The position numbers and the translations under genes are program-made. This document shows positions 1 through 9,591 of a stretch of 64,000 nucleotides of DNA, piece after piece. Position 1 is the stretch's first letter; each line of letters opens with the position of its first letter. The notes under the pieces were generated by a model. That model worked only from the letters and a program-made list of their open reading frames with translations. It was not told the DNA's origin and made no database searches. The stretch comes from an uncultured Clostridia bacterium (lineage in GTDB: Bacteria; Bacillota; Clostridia; TANB77; CAG-508): NCBI GenBank assembly GCA_947631495.1, contig CANRLO010000001.1, forward strand, positions 33,060 to 97,059, in the 5' to 3' direction.

Positions 1-1
1 A

Positions 2-433
2 CAAGAAAATGGAGAAGTAAAGGAAGATACAAATCTTCCACAAGCAATTGTAGATTACATTAACAAAAGCATTCAAAATGTTGCCAATGAAGCAAAAGAA
101 AATGTGGTACCTATCGTAGCAGAAGAAATTGCAACAACAACTGTTAACGTAGGTGTAGCAATTTTATTATTCATTATCATAAGAATTGCATTAATTTTTG
201 TAAGTGCTATATCAAAATTAATTACAGATTTACCAATCATAAAGCAATTTGACAAATTAGGTGGAATTCTATATGGAGCATTAAAAGCTTTTGTAATTCT
301 ATTTGTTCTATTTGCATTAATTTCTCTTGTTAGTCCAATGATAGAACAAACAGGAATTATTACTGCAATTCATGAAGCAACAATAGGAAGTATTTTATAT
401 GATAATAACCCATTATTAAAAATTGTGTTTTAA
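2..433 (+). CDS. CvpA-family integral membrane protein, 5' end outside window
   Basis: Frame is open from base 2 (no stop upstream of the listed Met at 104). Multi-helix hydrophobic protein ending KLGGILYGALKAFVILFVLFALISLV. Family recalled from memory. Confidence 0.55.
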   Translation, partial: QENGEVKEDTNLPQAIVDYINKSIQNVANEAKENVVPIVAEEIATTTVNVGVAILLFIIIRIALIFVSAISKLITDLPIIKQFDKLGGILYGALKAFVILFVLFALISLVSPMIEQTGIITAIHEATIGSILYDNNPLLKIVF

Positions 434-559
434 TTATCAAATATCATAATTATACAACACCTAAAAATATTATTACTTAATAAGAAAAATTTTCTTAAAT
501 TTTCTTAAAATAGCAAAAAAATCATTGCCATTTCTAGCATAATTTGATATACTTTTTTC

Positions 560-1933
560 ATGCGAAAAATAGGAGTGAAAAAATTGAAGAAATCAAACGA
601 TAAAAATGAAATAAAAAAGAAAAAGAAGAAAAAAAGTATAATAGGAACAATATTTAAATTAATCCTTAGCTTACTAATCATTGCACTTATAGCCTATGCT
701 GCATATTTTGCATATGAGTATTCTAAGCACACCAAAGCAATGGAAGGAAAAGAATATGACCCACTATCTGCAACAGCTCTTGGCATTAATCCAGAAAAAC
801 TAAAAACAGTAGGAAGAATTAACATCTTATTACTAGGAGAAAGTGGAGTAGGAGATGGTTATAATTTAACAGATACCATTATAATAGCTTCTTATAATCC
901 ACAAACACAACAAGCTTCTTTACTATCTATTCCAAGAGATACTTATGTAGGAAAAAGAGATAAAAATAGTGCTACACAAAATTATTTAGCAAGTTACAAA
1001 ATGAATGCTGTTTATCGTAATGGAGAAAATTTAGAAGAAACTATTGAGTGTGTTAGCAATTTAACAGGAATAAATATAGATAATTATATTTTAGTAAATA
1101 CAGATGCTATTATTGAAATTGTAGATGCAATTGGTGGAGTTTGGTTTGATGTGCCAATTGATATGAATTATGATGATACTAACCAAGACTTACATATTCA
1201 TTTGCAAGCAGGGGAACAATTAATAGATGGTAACAAAGCAGAACAATTACTTCGTTTCCGTCATAACCAAGATTGGACATCCTATCCAACTGAATATGGT
1301 GATAACGACATTGGTAGAATGAGAACACAAAGAGCATTTATAGAAGCAACAGCAAAACAATTATTAAAAATTGAAAATGTAACAAAAGTATTAAAACTAT
1401 TAGACATAGTAAGTAATAATGTAAGAAGCAATTTAGATTTTCAAACATTAAAATATTATATTCCATATGCTTTCAAATTTGATACTTCTAATATTCTTTC
1501 AGATGTATTACCAGGAGTATCAGAACAATGCAATGGAATATGGATTTACACTGCAGATAAAACAAAAACAAAACAAATTGTACAAGATTTATTCACAGAT
1601 AAAGTTATTGTGGAAGAAGAACAAAACACTACAAATACTAATTCCATAGAGGGGGAAGTAGCAGAAAAACAAATTACAATAGAATTATTAGATGGAATAG
1701 GTAATAGTGAAGTTTTAGAACAAGTAAAAGAAAAATTAAAAGCAGCAGGATATACTATTAGCAGAAGCGGTACAACATCTTCTACAGCAAAAACTATGAT
1801 TATTAATAGAACTGAGCAAACTAATAGCGTATCAAGAAGCATAAAATCTGTTTTAGGTGTAGGAACAATTAATAATGGTTCAGATAATGCAAAAGTAGAT
1901 TATACTATTATTCTTGGAAAAGATTATAAGTAA
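560..1933 (+). CDS. LytR-CpsA-Psr (LCP) family cell-envelope phosphotransferase
   Basis: N-terminal TM anchor, then LCP core LLLGESGVGDGYNLTDTIIIASYNPQTQQASLLSIPRDTYV. Alternative in-frame TTG start at 584 behind AGGAG. Confidence 0.85.
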   Translation: MRKIGVKKLKKSNDKNEIKKKKKKKSIIGTIFKLILSLLIIALIAYAAYFAYEYSKHTKAMEGKEYDPLSATALGINPEKLKTVGRINILLLGESGVGDGYNLTDTIIIASYNPQTQQASLLSIPRDTYVGKRDKNSATQNYLASYKMNAVYRNGENLEETIECVSNLTGINIDNYILVNTDAIIEIVDAIGGVWFDVPIDMNYDDTNQDLHIHLQAGEQLIDGNKAEQLLRFRHNQDWTSYPTEYGDNDIGRMRTQRAFIEATAKQLLKIENVTKVLKLLDIVSNNVRSNLDFQTLKYYIPYAFKFDTSNILSDVLPGVSEQCNGIWIYTADKTKTKQIVQDLFTDKVIVEEEQNTTNTNSIEGEVAEKQITIELLDGIGNSEVLEQVKEKLKAAGYTISRSGTTSSTAKTMIINRTEQTNSVSRSIKSVLGVGTINNGSDNAKVDYTIILGKDYK

Positions 1934-1970
1934 ATTCCAAAATAATACAACTTGATTGCTTTAGGTTAAT

Positions 1971-2076
1971 GAAACAATAGTTGGACTTATATAATAAACA
2001 GCGAAATAATAGTTAAACTTATATAATAAACTGTGAAACAATAGTTAGGCTAGATAATTAACTACGAAATAATAAG
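1971..2076. repeat. Imperfect ~32-bp tandem repeat, about 3.3 units
   Basis: Units GAAACAATAGTTGGACTTATATAATAAACAGC / GAAATAATAGTTAAACTTATATAATAAACTGT / GAAACAATAGTTAGGCTAGATAATTAACTAC / GAAATAATAAG lie head to tail between convergent genes. Confidence 0.8.
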
Positions 2077-2143
2077 AAAAAATGTGCAATTAAAAATTAG
2101 TTGTAATTGTAAAAAAATATAAAATAAAAAATAGGGCTTAGAT

Positions 2144-3460
2144 TTAAAATCTGTGCCCTATTTTATTTTTCTTCTTTCTTCTTCTTCTATTTTTTTTATT
2201 TCCTTGTAATAAACGATATAAAAGGAATAACACAAGTACAATACAAATAATAGTTAAAAAAGTATGAAAAGCATTTGACTCTATAACATCTTCTCCAGCT
2301 AGTAAATCAGAAATATATGTATTTCCATCAACATTATAACTAATCGTTCCAATAACTGTATTTTTAGAAATAGGTGCTACTAAATCAGAAGAAATTTCAA
2401 TAGTTGGAGTAATAGAAGTATCACTAGTATCTTTTTTCAACAATAAAGTCATCTTATCTTTTACAACTACATCTAAATTTCTAGTTGAAAGACTTGCTTT
2501 AGAAATCTTTAGTTGTTTCAAAACAGAATTTTCTTCATGTATTGTATAAGTCTTATAATTATCAAAAGCATAATTAAATAAACTAATGCAATCTAAATAA
2601 CGTCCACTTAAACCATTTTCAGTTTGTTCTGCTCCTAAAATAACTACAATATATTCAACACCATCTTTTTTACTACTAGCTACAATACAGTTTTTTGCAG
2701 CATTGGTATAACCTGTTTTAATACCAGTTGCATAAGGATAATAATAATTATCTACGCTATCGCGTTCATCTGGAACGATTAAAGCATTAGTAGTACTAAA
2801 ATAACGGTCTGCTTTTGGATATAAATTAGTAGCAGGAAGTGTATATTTTGTTGTAGAAACTAATTTACGGAAAGTTTCATTCTGCATTGCATAGCGACCT
2901 AATATTGCTAAATCGTATGCACTAGAATAATGTTCTTCATTTTGAACACCATTTGGGTTGACAAAATTTGTATCTTGCATTCCAAGTTCTAATGCTTTTG
3001 TATTCATCATAGTAGAAAAACTTTCTACAGAACCAGCAATATGTTCTGCTAAAACATTTGCAGCATCATTTGCAGAAGGAATAAGAAGAATATGTAATAA
3101 TTGTTCAATGGTAAGAACTTCACCTTCTACTAAATAAGCATGAGTATAACCAAGTGGAACACTAAAAATAGCATTATGACTTACGGTTGCGGTATCTGTT
3201 AATTTACAATTCTCTAGTGTTAAAATAGCTGTCATAATTTTTGTTGTACTAGCAGGTGGAACTTTTGCATGTGCATCTTTTTCATAAATTATTTTCCCAG
3301 TAGAAGCTTCCATTAAAATACAATAAGGTGAATAAGTGCTAATAGGAGAAGTTTCTGCTAAGGATGTGGTAGAAAATAAAGAGAAGGTAAATGTTAAAAA
3401 TGTTATTAAAAATGTTAGTAAAAAAATAAAGTGCAAAAGTATTTTAGTTTTTTTATTCAT
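2144..3460 (-). CDS. Serine-type D-Ala-D-Ala carboxypeptidase (S11, PBP5/DacB-like)
   Basis: Signal peptide. SxxK (ASTTK), SxN (SANDA) and KTG (IKTGYT) motifs. C-terminal TM plus basic tail. Confidence 0.88.
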   Translation of the reverse strand: MNKKTKILLHFIFLLTFLITFLTFTFSLFSTTSLAETSPISTYSPYCILMEASTGKIIYEKDAHAKVPPASTTKIMTAILTLENCKLTDTATVSHNAIFSVPLGYTHAYLVEGEVLTIEQLLHILLIPSANDAANVLAEHIAGSVESFSTMMNTKALELGMQDTNFVNPNGVQNEEHYSSAYDLAILGRYAMQNETFRKLVSTTKYTLPATNLYPKADRYFSTTNALIVPDERDSVDNYYYPYATGIKTGYTNAAKNCIVASSKKDGVEYIVVILGAEQTENGLSGRYLDCISLFNYAFDNYKTYTIHEENSVLKQLKISKASLSTRNLDVVVKDKMTLLLKKDTSDTSITPTIEISSDLVAPISKNTVIGTISYNVDGNTYISDLLAGEDVIESNAFHTFLTIICIVLVLFLLYRLLQGNKKNRRRRKKKNKIGHRF

Positions 3461-3617
3461 AATTTCCTCATTTCTTATTTTTATTATTTAAATTTTAATT
3501 GTTAATAGTGTATGTTTTAATTTTGCATTTTATGTTAGTTATCATATCGTAACTTGTATATAAATTCAAGTATTTTAAAAATAATTAAGAAAAAAATCAT
3601 TTTTATAAGGAGGTTCT

Positions 3618-4301
3618 ATGTTAGAAGACAAAAAGAAAATATTTATTATAGGGGCAATCATTACAATTTTTATTATTGGGGGAATAATATATTATTTTGT
3701 GCAAAAAGGAGAAGAAGAATATATAGACTTTGAAGAAGAATTAAACAATAATTTTGACAATACAGTAGAAAATATAGTTCAAGATAATAATGAAGATGTA
3801 AATGAAAATAATGATATAGAAGAAAATACAAAAATTATGGTACATATATCCGGGCAAGTAGTAAATCCTGGTGTTATTACTTTAGAGGAAGGAGCAAGAG
3901 TAATTGATGCTGTTAATGCAGCGGGAGGATTAACTGCAGAAGCCGATATTAATAAAGTAAATTTAGCTTATATTTTAGCAGATGCACAAAAAATTTATAT
4001 TCCAAGCATAAAAGAAAAAGAAGATGTAGAAGTGATTTCAGAGGCAAGCGGAAGCAGTGCAGAAGTTTCAGGAAAAGAAGGCAAAAATGAGACAAAAACA
4101 GAAAATTTAATGATAAATATTAATACAGCAAGTGAAGCAGAGCTACAGAAACTACCGGGAATAGGAAGTTCTATTGCAGCAAGAATTGTAGCATATCGAA
4201 AAGAAAATGGGAAATTTACAACTATTGAAGATATTCAAAATATAAGTGGAATAGGAACAAGTAAATTTAATAATATCAAAAATTATATTTGCGTAAAATA
4301 A
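3618..4301 (+). CDS. comEA: Competence protein ComEA (SLBB + helix-hairpin-helix DNA receptor)
   Basis: AAGGAGG RBS. TM anchor, SLBB-like VHISGQVVNPGVITLEEGARVIDAVNAAGG, C-terminal HhH pair ININTASEAELQKLPGIGSSIAARIVAYRKENGKF. Confidence 0.88.
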   Translation: MLEDKKKIFIIGAIITIFIIGGIIYYFVQKGEEEYIDFEEELNNNFDNTVENIVQDNNEDVNENNDIEENTKIMVHISGQVVNPGVITLEEGARVIDAVNAAGGLTAEADINKVNLAYILADAQKIYIPSIKEKEDVEVISEASGSSAEVSGKEGKNETKTENLMININTASEAELQKLPGIGSSIAARIVAYRKENGKFTTIEDIQNISGIGTSKFNNIKNYICVK

Positions 4302-4342
4302 TTTTATGTGTATGACAAGCTTCGACAAATAAAAGTAACATA

Positions 4343-4549
4343 ATGTGTTATAATTTCTTTGAGGTGATAATATTGAAAGAGATGTATCAAAAATCACTAC
4401 AAATGATAAAAGAATTACAAAGAATTCCCACAGAAGAAGAATGGAATAGTATTGCAAAAGAAAAATGTTTAATGAGTTATATTACTCTAGAATATATTGA
4501 AAACAAAAGATTTAACAGATTGTGTAGAAAGATAAGAAAAGCTAGCTAA
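4343..4549 (+). CDS. Small hypothetical protein (68 aa)
   Basis: ORF only, followed by an imperfect hairpin at about 4532-4562. No recognisable motif. Confidence 0.3.
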   Translation: MCYNFFEVIILKEMYQKSLQMIKELQRIPTEEEWNSIAKEKCLMSYITLEYIENKRFNRLCRKIRKAS

Positions 4550-4751
4550 AAGCTGGCTTTTCTTGTTGTATAAAAGGAAAGTTATACGAAATTTTCAGCA
4601 AAGTCACTTTACTATTAAAATTATGCATAAATTTGGAATTTTTACATATATTAGAGAGTAGGGAAAAATAGGAAGTTAATAACAAAATTAAGAATTAATA
4701 TTAAAAATAAAAAAAAATTTACTATTTATATGAAAAAAATTTGCCAAAGGG

Positions 4752-4780
4752 TTGACTTTTTTGCCATTTGGCGTTATACT
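4752..4780 (+). promoter_or_regulatory. Sigma-A type promoter for tRNA-fMet
   Basis: TTGACT, 17 nt spacer, TATACT, about 45 nt upstream of the tRNA 5' end. Confidence 0.5.
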
Positions 4781-4827
4781 AAGAAAGCAGTTAAAATTAT
4801 GTAACACAAATTTATATTATTATACAT

Positions 4828-4903
<76 letters not shown>

Positions 4904-4911
4904 AATATTTA

Positions 4912-4954
4912 AAGCCTAGTAGAATACAAAAAATCTACTAGGCTTGCTTTTTTT
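4912..4954 (+). terminator. Rho-independent terminator after the tRNA
   Basis: 12-bp stem AAGCCTAGTAGA / TCTACTAGGCTT followed by GCTTTTTTT. Confidence 0.75.
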
Positions 4955-4967
4955 ATACAAAATATAC

Positions 4968-4996
4968 TTTTCATATATAGAGCTAAGTGATATAAT
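4968..4996 (+). promoter_or_regulatory. Candidate extended -10 promoter of the 5026-9104 operon
   Basis: TGATATAAT at 4988-4996 with a weak -35 (TTTTCA) 17 nt upstream. It lies just after the tRNA terminator. Confidence 0.4.
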
Positions 4997-5025
4997 AGTA
5001 AAAAAATGTAAAAAAAGAGGGAAAA

Positions 5026-6825
5026 ATGTCAGAAATCAAAGAAGAAATACTACAGCAATATGGAATCTATCAAAAAAGAAAATTAAAAGAAAATGAAAAG
5101 ACGGAATTGCTAAAAATCAAACAAGAGATAGAGAAAATAATAAAAATACCAATAGAAAAATTATACTTAGCAGAAGAAGCGGCATGGGGAAAAGAACCAG
5201 AAAAATCTGTTTATAGTATTTGCGTCTTAGTAGATAAAAGGACGAAAGACTTAAGTGAAAAAATAGATTTACTAATTCCTTATGCCAAAAATAAAAAAAT
5301 AGATATTGCATTAAGAGCAATGTGCCAATTTGAAAAAAGAAAGATGATACCAACAGAAAAGGATTATTATATTCATAAATATGGTATTAAAGTATATGAT
5401 AGTGGAAAAGAGACAGAAATTAATGAAAGTTTAGGAGCTACGCAATATGGAAGATATATGGAATATCATAGGGAATTCAGAAATTTTCTTCATACAAATG
5501 TAGACTATTGGATGAATGAAACTGTTAGAATATATACTTTAAAAATGGGATATGCACTTATTAGTCCAAATTCAGAATTAGAAAGAGATTGTAATTTTGC
5601 AAAATTAATAACAAAAGATAAAAAAATTATTAGCATGATAGACTCTTATTTAGAACAAACTGAAAAGAAGGAAAAAGAAAAAATATTAGATGAGTTTGAA
5701 GAATATGTGACTAGTTTAAAACAAGTAAAATTTTCAGCAAAACTAGAAGAAAAACCAACGATGAAGATATACGAAAAATTGTTAAAAAGAAAACAGAAGC
5801 AAGGAACATTAGATATAAAAACACTAACAAAAGACGATTTATATACTATGTACATTATACAAAATATTGATATTGATTTAATAGCAGAATTATATGGAGT
5901 GGAAAATAAAAGCATAAGATTCAAAAAAGATTATTGGCAAATAAAAAGAAGAGAAGCTGCCTTTACTAATACAGATGAAATAATAAAGAAAACAATAGAA
6001 TCCGCAGAAATGCAAAGCTCTAGCTATGCTTATGCTTTATTAAAGAAAAGTGGAATTATGGGCTTCGAAAAATGTACATTACCAATTCTAAAATATATGC
6101 TAGATAATGAAGTTTATTTATTAAAAGAATTTTGGCAATTTACTAAAAATGAAAAAAGTAAAGAAGAAAAATTAATTTTTGGAGATACAAAATATTCCTA
6201 TTGTAAAGCAAGTATGGCTGTAGAGCTATTATTACAAAACAACTTAATAAAAGAGGTAGATTTCAAACAATATCAAATTACAAAAGAAGGGAAGGAGTTA
6301 GTTTGGTATTGTATAGAAAATGATATAGAGCAGATTACTATTCCAATTATTAATAAAAAATTTAAACATGTTAAATATTATAACTTATATTACACAGAGG
6401 AGTATCCTACTGATATCGAAGAAGTTACATGGGAAAAATTATACAATAAATGGAATGAATATTGTAATGAAAACTTTCCTGAATTGTTAAGAAAAGAAAA
6501 TTTACCAATTGAAAATGAGGTAAAAAATGAAGAAGAGATTGCATTAGTCTGGCTTTATTTATTCTTTTTTAATTTAGAATTGAGAAATCTTTTTCCAAAG
6601 CAATGGGAAAAAACAATCTTTATAAGTATAAATGATATTTTAAATCCAATTCGACAACAAATAAAAGAAAAATCAATTTCAGTTGTTATGAAAAAAGATT
6701 TTCAATTAACTCAATTTTTAGATATTTCAAATGTAACAAAATATATAGAAATAGAAAAAGTAGAAGATATGGTAGAATATGCAGCAGTTTCCTGTGCGTA
6801 TTTAATAAAAATAAGAGAAAGGTAA
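5026..6825 (+). CDS. Hypothetical protein A (599 aa): unique N and C domains around an HTH-like + winged-helix module shared with the next gene
   Basis: AGAGGG RBS. Residues ~246-435 are paralogous to residues 1-190 of the downstream protein. No catalytic motif recognised. Confidence 0.7.
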   Translation: MSEIKEEILQQYGIYQKRKLKENEKTELLKIKQEIEKIIKIPIEKLYLAEEAAWGKEPEKSVYSICVLVDKRTKDLSEKIDLLIPYAKNKKIDIALRAMCQFEKRKMIPTEKDYYIHKYGIKVYDSGKETEINESLGATQYGRYMEYHREFRNFLHTNVDYWMNETVRIYTLKMGYALISPNSELERDCNFAKLITKDKKIISMIDSYLEQTEKKEKEKILDEFEEYVTSLKQVKFSAKLEEKPTMKIYEKLLKRKQKQGTLDIKTLTKDDLYTMYIIQNIDIDLIAELYGVENKSIRFKKDYWQIKRREAAFTNTDEIIKKTIESAEMQSSSYAYALLKKSGIMGFEKCTLPILKYMLDNEVYLLKEFWQFTKNEKSKEEKLIFGDTKYSYCKASMAVELLLQNNLIKEVDFKQYQITKEGKELVWYCIENDIEQITIPIINKKFKHVKYYNLYYTEEYPTDIEEVTWEKLYNKWNEYCNENFPELLRKENLPIENEVKNEEEIALVWLYLFFFNLELRNLFPKQWEKTIFISINDILNPIRQQIKEKSISVVMKKDFQLTQFLDISNVTKYIEIEKVEDMVEYAAVSCAYLIKIRER

Positions 6826-6828
6826 AAC

Positions 6829-8091
6829 ATGGAGATATATCAAAAATTATTAAAGCAAAAGCAAGCAGGTGAAAAAATAGAATTAAGTAATTTAACAAAA
6901 GAGGATCTTTATTTTATTTATATAGAAGAAGGTTATCTTGTTCAAGATATTGCAAATTTATTTAACACATCGCAAAACGAAATAAATAAGTTAAGAAATA
7001 AGTGGAATATAAAGGTAACCCAAGAATTCATGACAGACCGTGAAACAATGAAGTATGTTTATGAAAAGTTTGGAAGCGGTTATGAGTATGATTATCATTT
7101 ATATTTATTAAAAGAACATATGGGACTTCCTACATTCGAAGACCTATTTATTCCATTTTTAACCATATTAAAAGATAAAAAAGTTCATAATATACAAGAA
7201 TTTTGGCATTTGACAGATAAAAATTATAAAATAAGCGAAGCAGAATTACAATATTGTGTATCATCTGAAAATCCAACGTTATTTTATAGAGCCGATTGGT
7301 GTTTAGAAGCTATGTTAAAAGCAAACTTAGTAGAAGAAATCGCCTTTCGAGAATATAAAATAACGAAGCAAGGAGAAAAATTTTTAGAGGACTGTATTAA
7401 AGAAGAAGTTAATCGATTTGGCTTAGGATATTTATTAAAGAAGTGCTCTAATTCTAATCTATCTTTATCAAATAATATAAAAGAAACACAACAAAAAACA
7501 AAAAAGGAAGAAAATATTGTAAGTTCTAAGGTAGAAGAAACAAAAGAGGAACAAGAAAAAACAATCAAAGAGCAAGTTTCTAATTTAAAACAAATTGATT
7601 ATGTAGAAAATATAACAAAGAAGAAATCTTCAAATAAAAGTACAAATAAATCAAAAGCAGTAAAGACTAATTTTACGAAAATGAATGAAATAAAAACAGA
7701 CTTTGGAAAAAAATGTGAAAGAATTATTTACGAACATGAAAAAGAAAGACTAAGACAAGAAGGACAAGCAGAAAAAGCAGAACAAGTGATTTGGGCTTCT
7801 GAAGAAAAAGGAGACGGATTAGGTTATGATATTGAATCCTTTGAAAAAATAAATGATAGATATGAAAAAATATACATTGAAGTAAAAGGAACCGATAAAG
7901 ATTGTTCAGAACCATTTGATGTTAGTATTAATGAAGTGATGGTATCAGAACAATTAAAAGATTATTATTATATCTATCGTATTGCAAAAGCAAATACCAA
8001 GAAACCTATTTTTTATAAAGTAAAGGGAAGCATAGCAGAAAACTTTGATTTAACAGCAATTAAATTTAGAGCTTCTAGGAGGAGTAAATGA
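6829..8091 (+). CDS. HTH/winged-helix + DUF3883 (PD-(D/E)xK-type nuclease) domain protein B
   Basis: The C-terminus CERIIYEHEKERL...WASEEKGDGLGYDIESF...IYIEVKGT...FDVSINEV...YYIYRI matches the DUF3883 pattern. Starts 3 nt after the upstream stop. Confidence 0.75.
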   Translation: MEIYQKLLKQKQAGEKIELSNLTKEDLYFIYIEEGYLVQDIANLFNTSQNEINKLRNKWNIKVTQEFMTDRETMKYVYEKFGSGYEYDYHLYLLKEHMGLPTFEDLFIPFLTILKDKKVHNIQEFWHLTDKNYKISEAELQYCVSSENPTLFYRADWCLEAMLKANLVEEIAFREYKITKQGEKFLEDCIKEEVNRFGLGYLLKKCSNSNLSLSNNIKETQQKTKKEENIVSSKVEETKEEQEKTIKEQVSNLKQIDYVENITKKKSSNKSTNKSKAVKTNFTKMNEIKTDFGKKCERIIYEHEKERLRQEGQAEKAEQVIWASEEKGDGLGYDIESFEKINDRYEKIYIEVKGTDKDCSEPFDVSINEVMVSEQLKDYYYIYRIAKANTKKPIFYKVKGSIAENFDLTAIKFRASRRSK

Positions 8092-9104
8092 AAAAATTTG
8101 AAAATCATTATCATGAACCATTAAATTATTTGAGAGAAAAAGATATAGAATCTCCAACATGGTATGAAATTAGAGATAATTTATTAGAATGGTATATACA
8201 AGACTTTGCAGGAGACAGCATAGGAATGGATATGTTAGTAGAATATGTAAGAAAGCAAAAGAAAATAGAAAGCAATACCTTTTTTGAAAATATGGTAAAT
8301 TCAGTATTATTCTCTAAACTTTCTAAAAAAGAGCAAAAAGAAGTTTATCAAATAGCAAAAAACACTTTTATGGATGGACTATTTTATTTTGAAGAATCTT
8401 ACATATTAAATTTAGTAGAAAAAGAATCTTTAGAAAAATATATTGAAAATAATATATTAATACAAGATGAGGAAAAACTTAGATTTCAAAATATATTACT
8501 TCAGTCTTATTTAGCTGCTTGTAAAATTTATGAAGAAAAAATAGAAATAAATGATTCTTTATTTGAAAAATGGTTAGACGAAGATGGATATGAATATTTG
8601 AATCATCAAATTGAGATTTTTTATATATTTTCTATGATTCATTTGGAACTATTTAACCAGCAATATTTAAAACCAAAAATAGAAAAATTTTTAGCAAAAA
8701 TAGATACAAAAAACGATTTTACCATTGCACAATCAATAATGGACATGTATGAAATTGCAGTGGAGTTTGGAGAAGAATATCCAAGGCTTTTTCTTTCAAC
8801 AGAGGAAGATTATTGCTTTATTAAATTTTTAGGATTAGACATAGAAGGAGATATTATAGAACACGATTATGAGCCATATGAAAGTATGTTAAATATTAGA
8901 TATACTGACGAAAATGGCATCATGAAAATTGATTATACGAAAATGAAAGAAGATAAATTTTTAATGAAATGGCTAGATGAAGATGGAACTATAGAAAAAT
9001 TAGTAGAAGATTATAAAATTTTAAAGAGGATATTGAAAAAAATGCAAAAAGAATTAGATAAAGATTATTGTGATGATTGGGAGATAAAGGGATTGGGTGG
9101 TTAA
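8088..9104 (+). CDS. Hypothetical helical protein C (338 aa)
   Basis: ATGA start/stop overlap with the upstream gene and AGGAGG RBS. Acidic and helical. LRFQNILLQSYLAACKIY loosely resembles a STAND winged-helix motif, but there is no P-loop. Confidence 0.65.
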   Translation: MKKFENHYHEPLNYLREKDIESPTWYEIRDNLLEWYIQDFAGDSIGMDMLVEYVRKQKKIESNTFFENMVNSVLFSKLSKKEQKEVYQIAKNTFMDGLFYFEESYILNLVEKESLEKYIENNILIQDEEKLRFQNILLQSYLAACKIYEEKIEINDSLFEKWLDEDGYEYLNHQIEIFYIFSMIHLELFNQQYLKPKIEKFLAKIDTKNDFTIAQSIMDMYEIAVEFGEEYPRLFLSTEEDYCFIKFLGLDIEGDIIEHDYEPYESMLNIRYTDENGIMKIDYTKMKEDKFLMKWLDEDGTIEKLVEDYKILKRILKKMQKELDKDYCDDWEIKGLGG

Positions 9105-9191
9105 TGGTTTAACAGATTTACGAAGGTAAATAAAAATAAAGTGTCAAAATTGAATTTTAAGTGTTGATAGAAATTAATAAAACAAATTTTA

Positions 9192-9220
9192 TTGTAAACA
9201 AAAGTCATTTATGATAGAAT
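9192..9220 (+). promoter_or_regulatory. Candidate extended -10 promoter of the MazG/DUF2075 cluster
   Basis: TTGTAA, 17 nt spacer, TAGAAT with TG at 9212-9213. Confidence 0.4.
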
Positions 9221-9255
9221 ATTGTCAAATATTATAATTAATAGGAGAAAATATT

Positions 9256-9573
9256 ATGGAAGAATTAATGAAAGAAATAAAACAATTTAACGAAGAAAGA
9301 GATTGGGATAAGTTTCACTCACCAGAAAATTTGGCAAAATCAATATCAATAGAGGCAGGAGAACTTTTAGAATGTTTTCAATGGGATAGTGAAAATTATA
9401 ATAAAGATGAAGTATGTGAAGAGTTAGCAGATGTATTCACATATTGTATTCAAATGGCTATGAAGTTGAATGTGAATCCTAAAGAAATAATATTAAAGAA
9501 ATTAGAGAAAACAAAGAAGAAGTATCCAGTAGAAAAAGCAAAAGGAGTAAGCACTAAATATAATAAATTATAA
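9256..9573 (+). CDS. MazG-like all-alpha nucleotide pyrophosphohydrolase (105 aa)
   Basis: EERDWDKFHSPENLAKSISIEAGELLECFQW ... ELADVFTYCIQMA, the typical MazG/YpjD-type EExxE/D signature. Confidence 0.8.
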   Translation: MEELMKEIKQFNEERDWDKFHSPENLAKSISIEAGELLECFQWDSENYNKDEVCEELADVFTYCIQMAMKLNVNPKEIILKKLEKTKKKYPVEKAKGVSTKYNKL

Positions 9574-9591
9574 AAAGTTTAAGGGGTAATA

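Noticed and set aside
1971-2076. Possible CRISPR array.
   Set aside because: The units are contiguous with no spacers and are imperfect, and no cas genes lie nearby. No other CRISPR-like periodicity was seen in the window.
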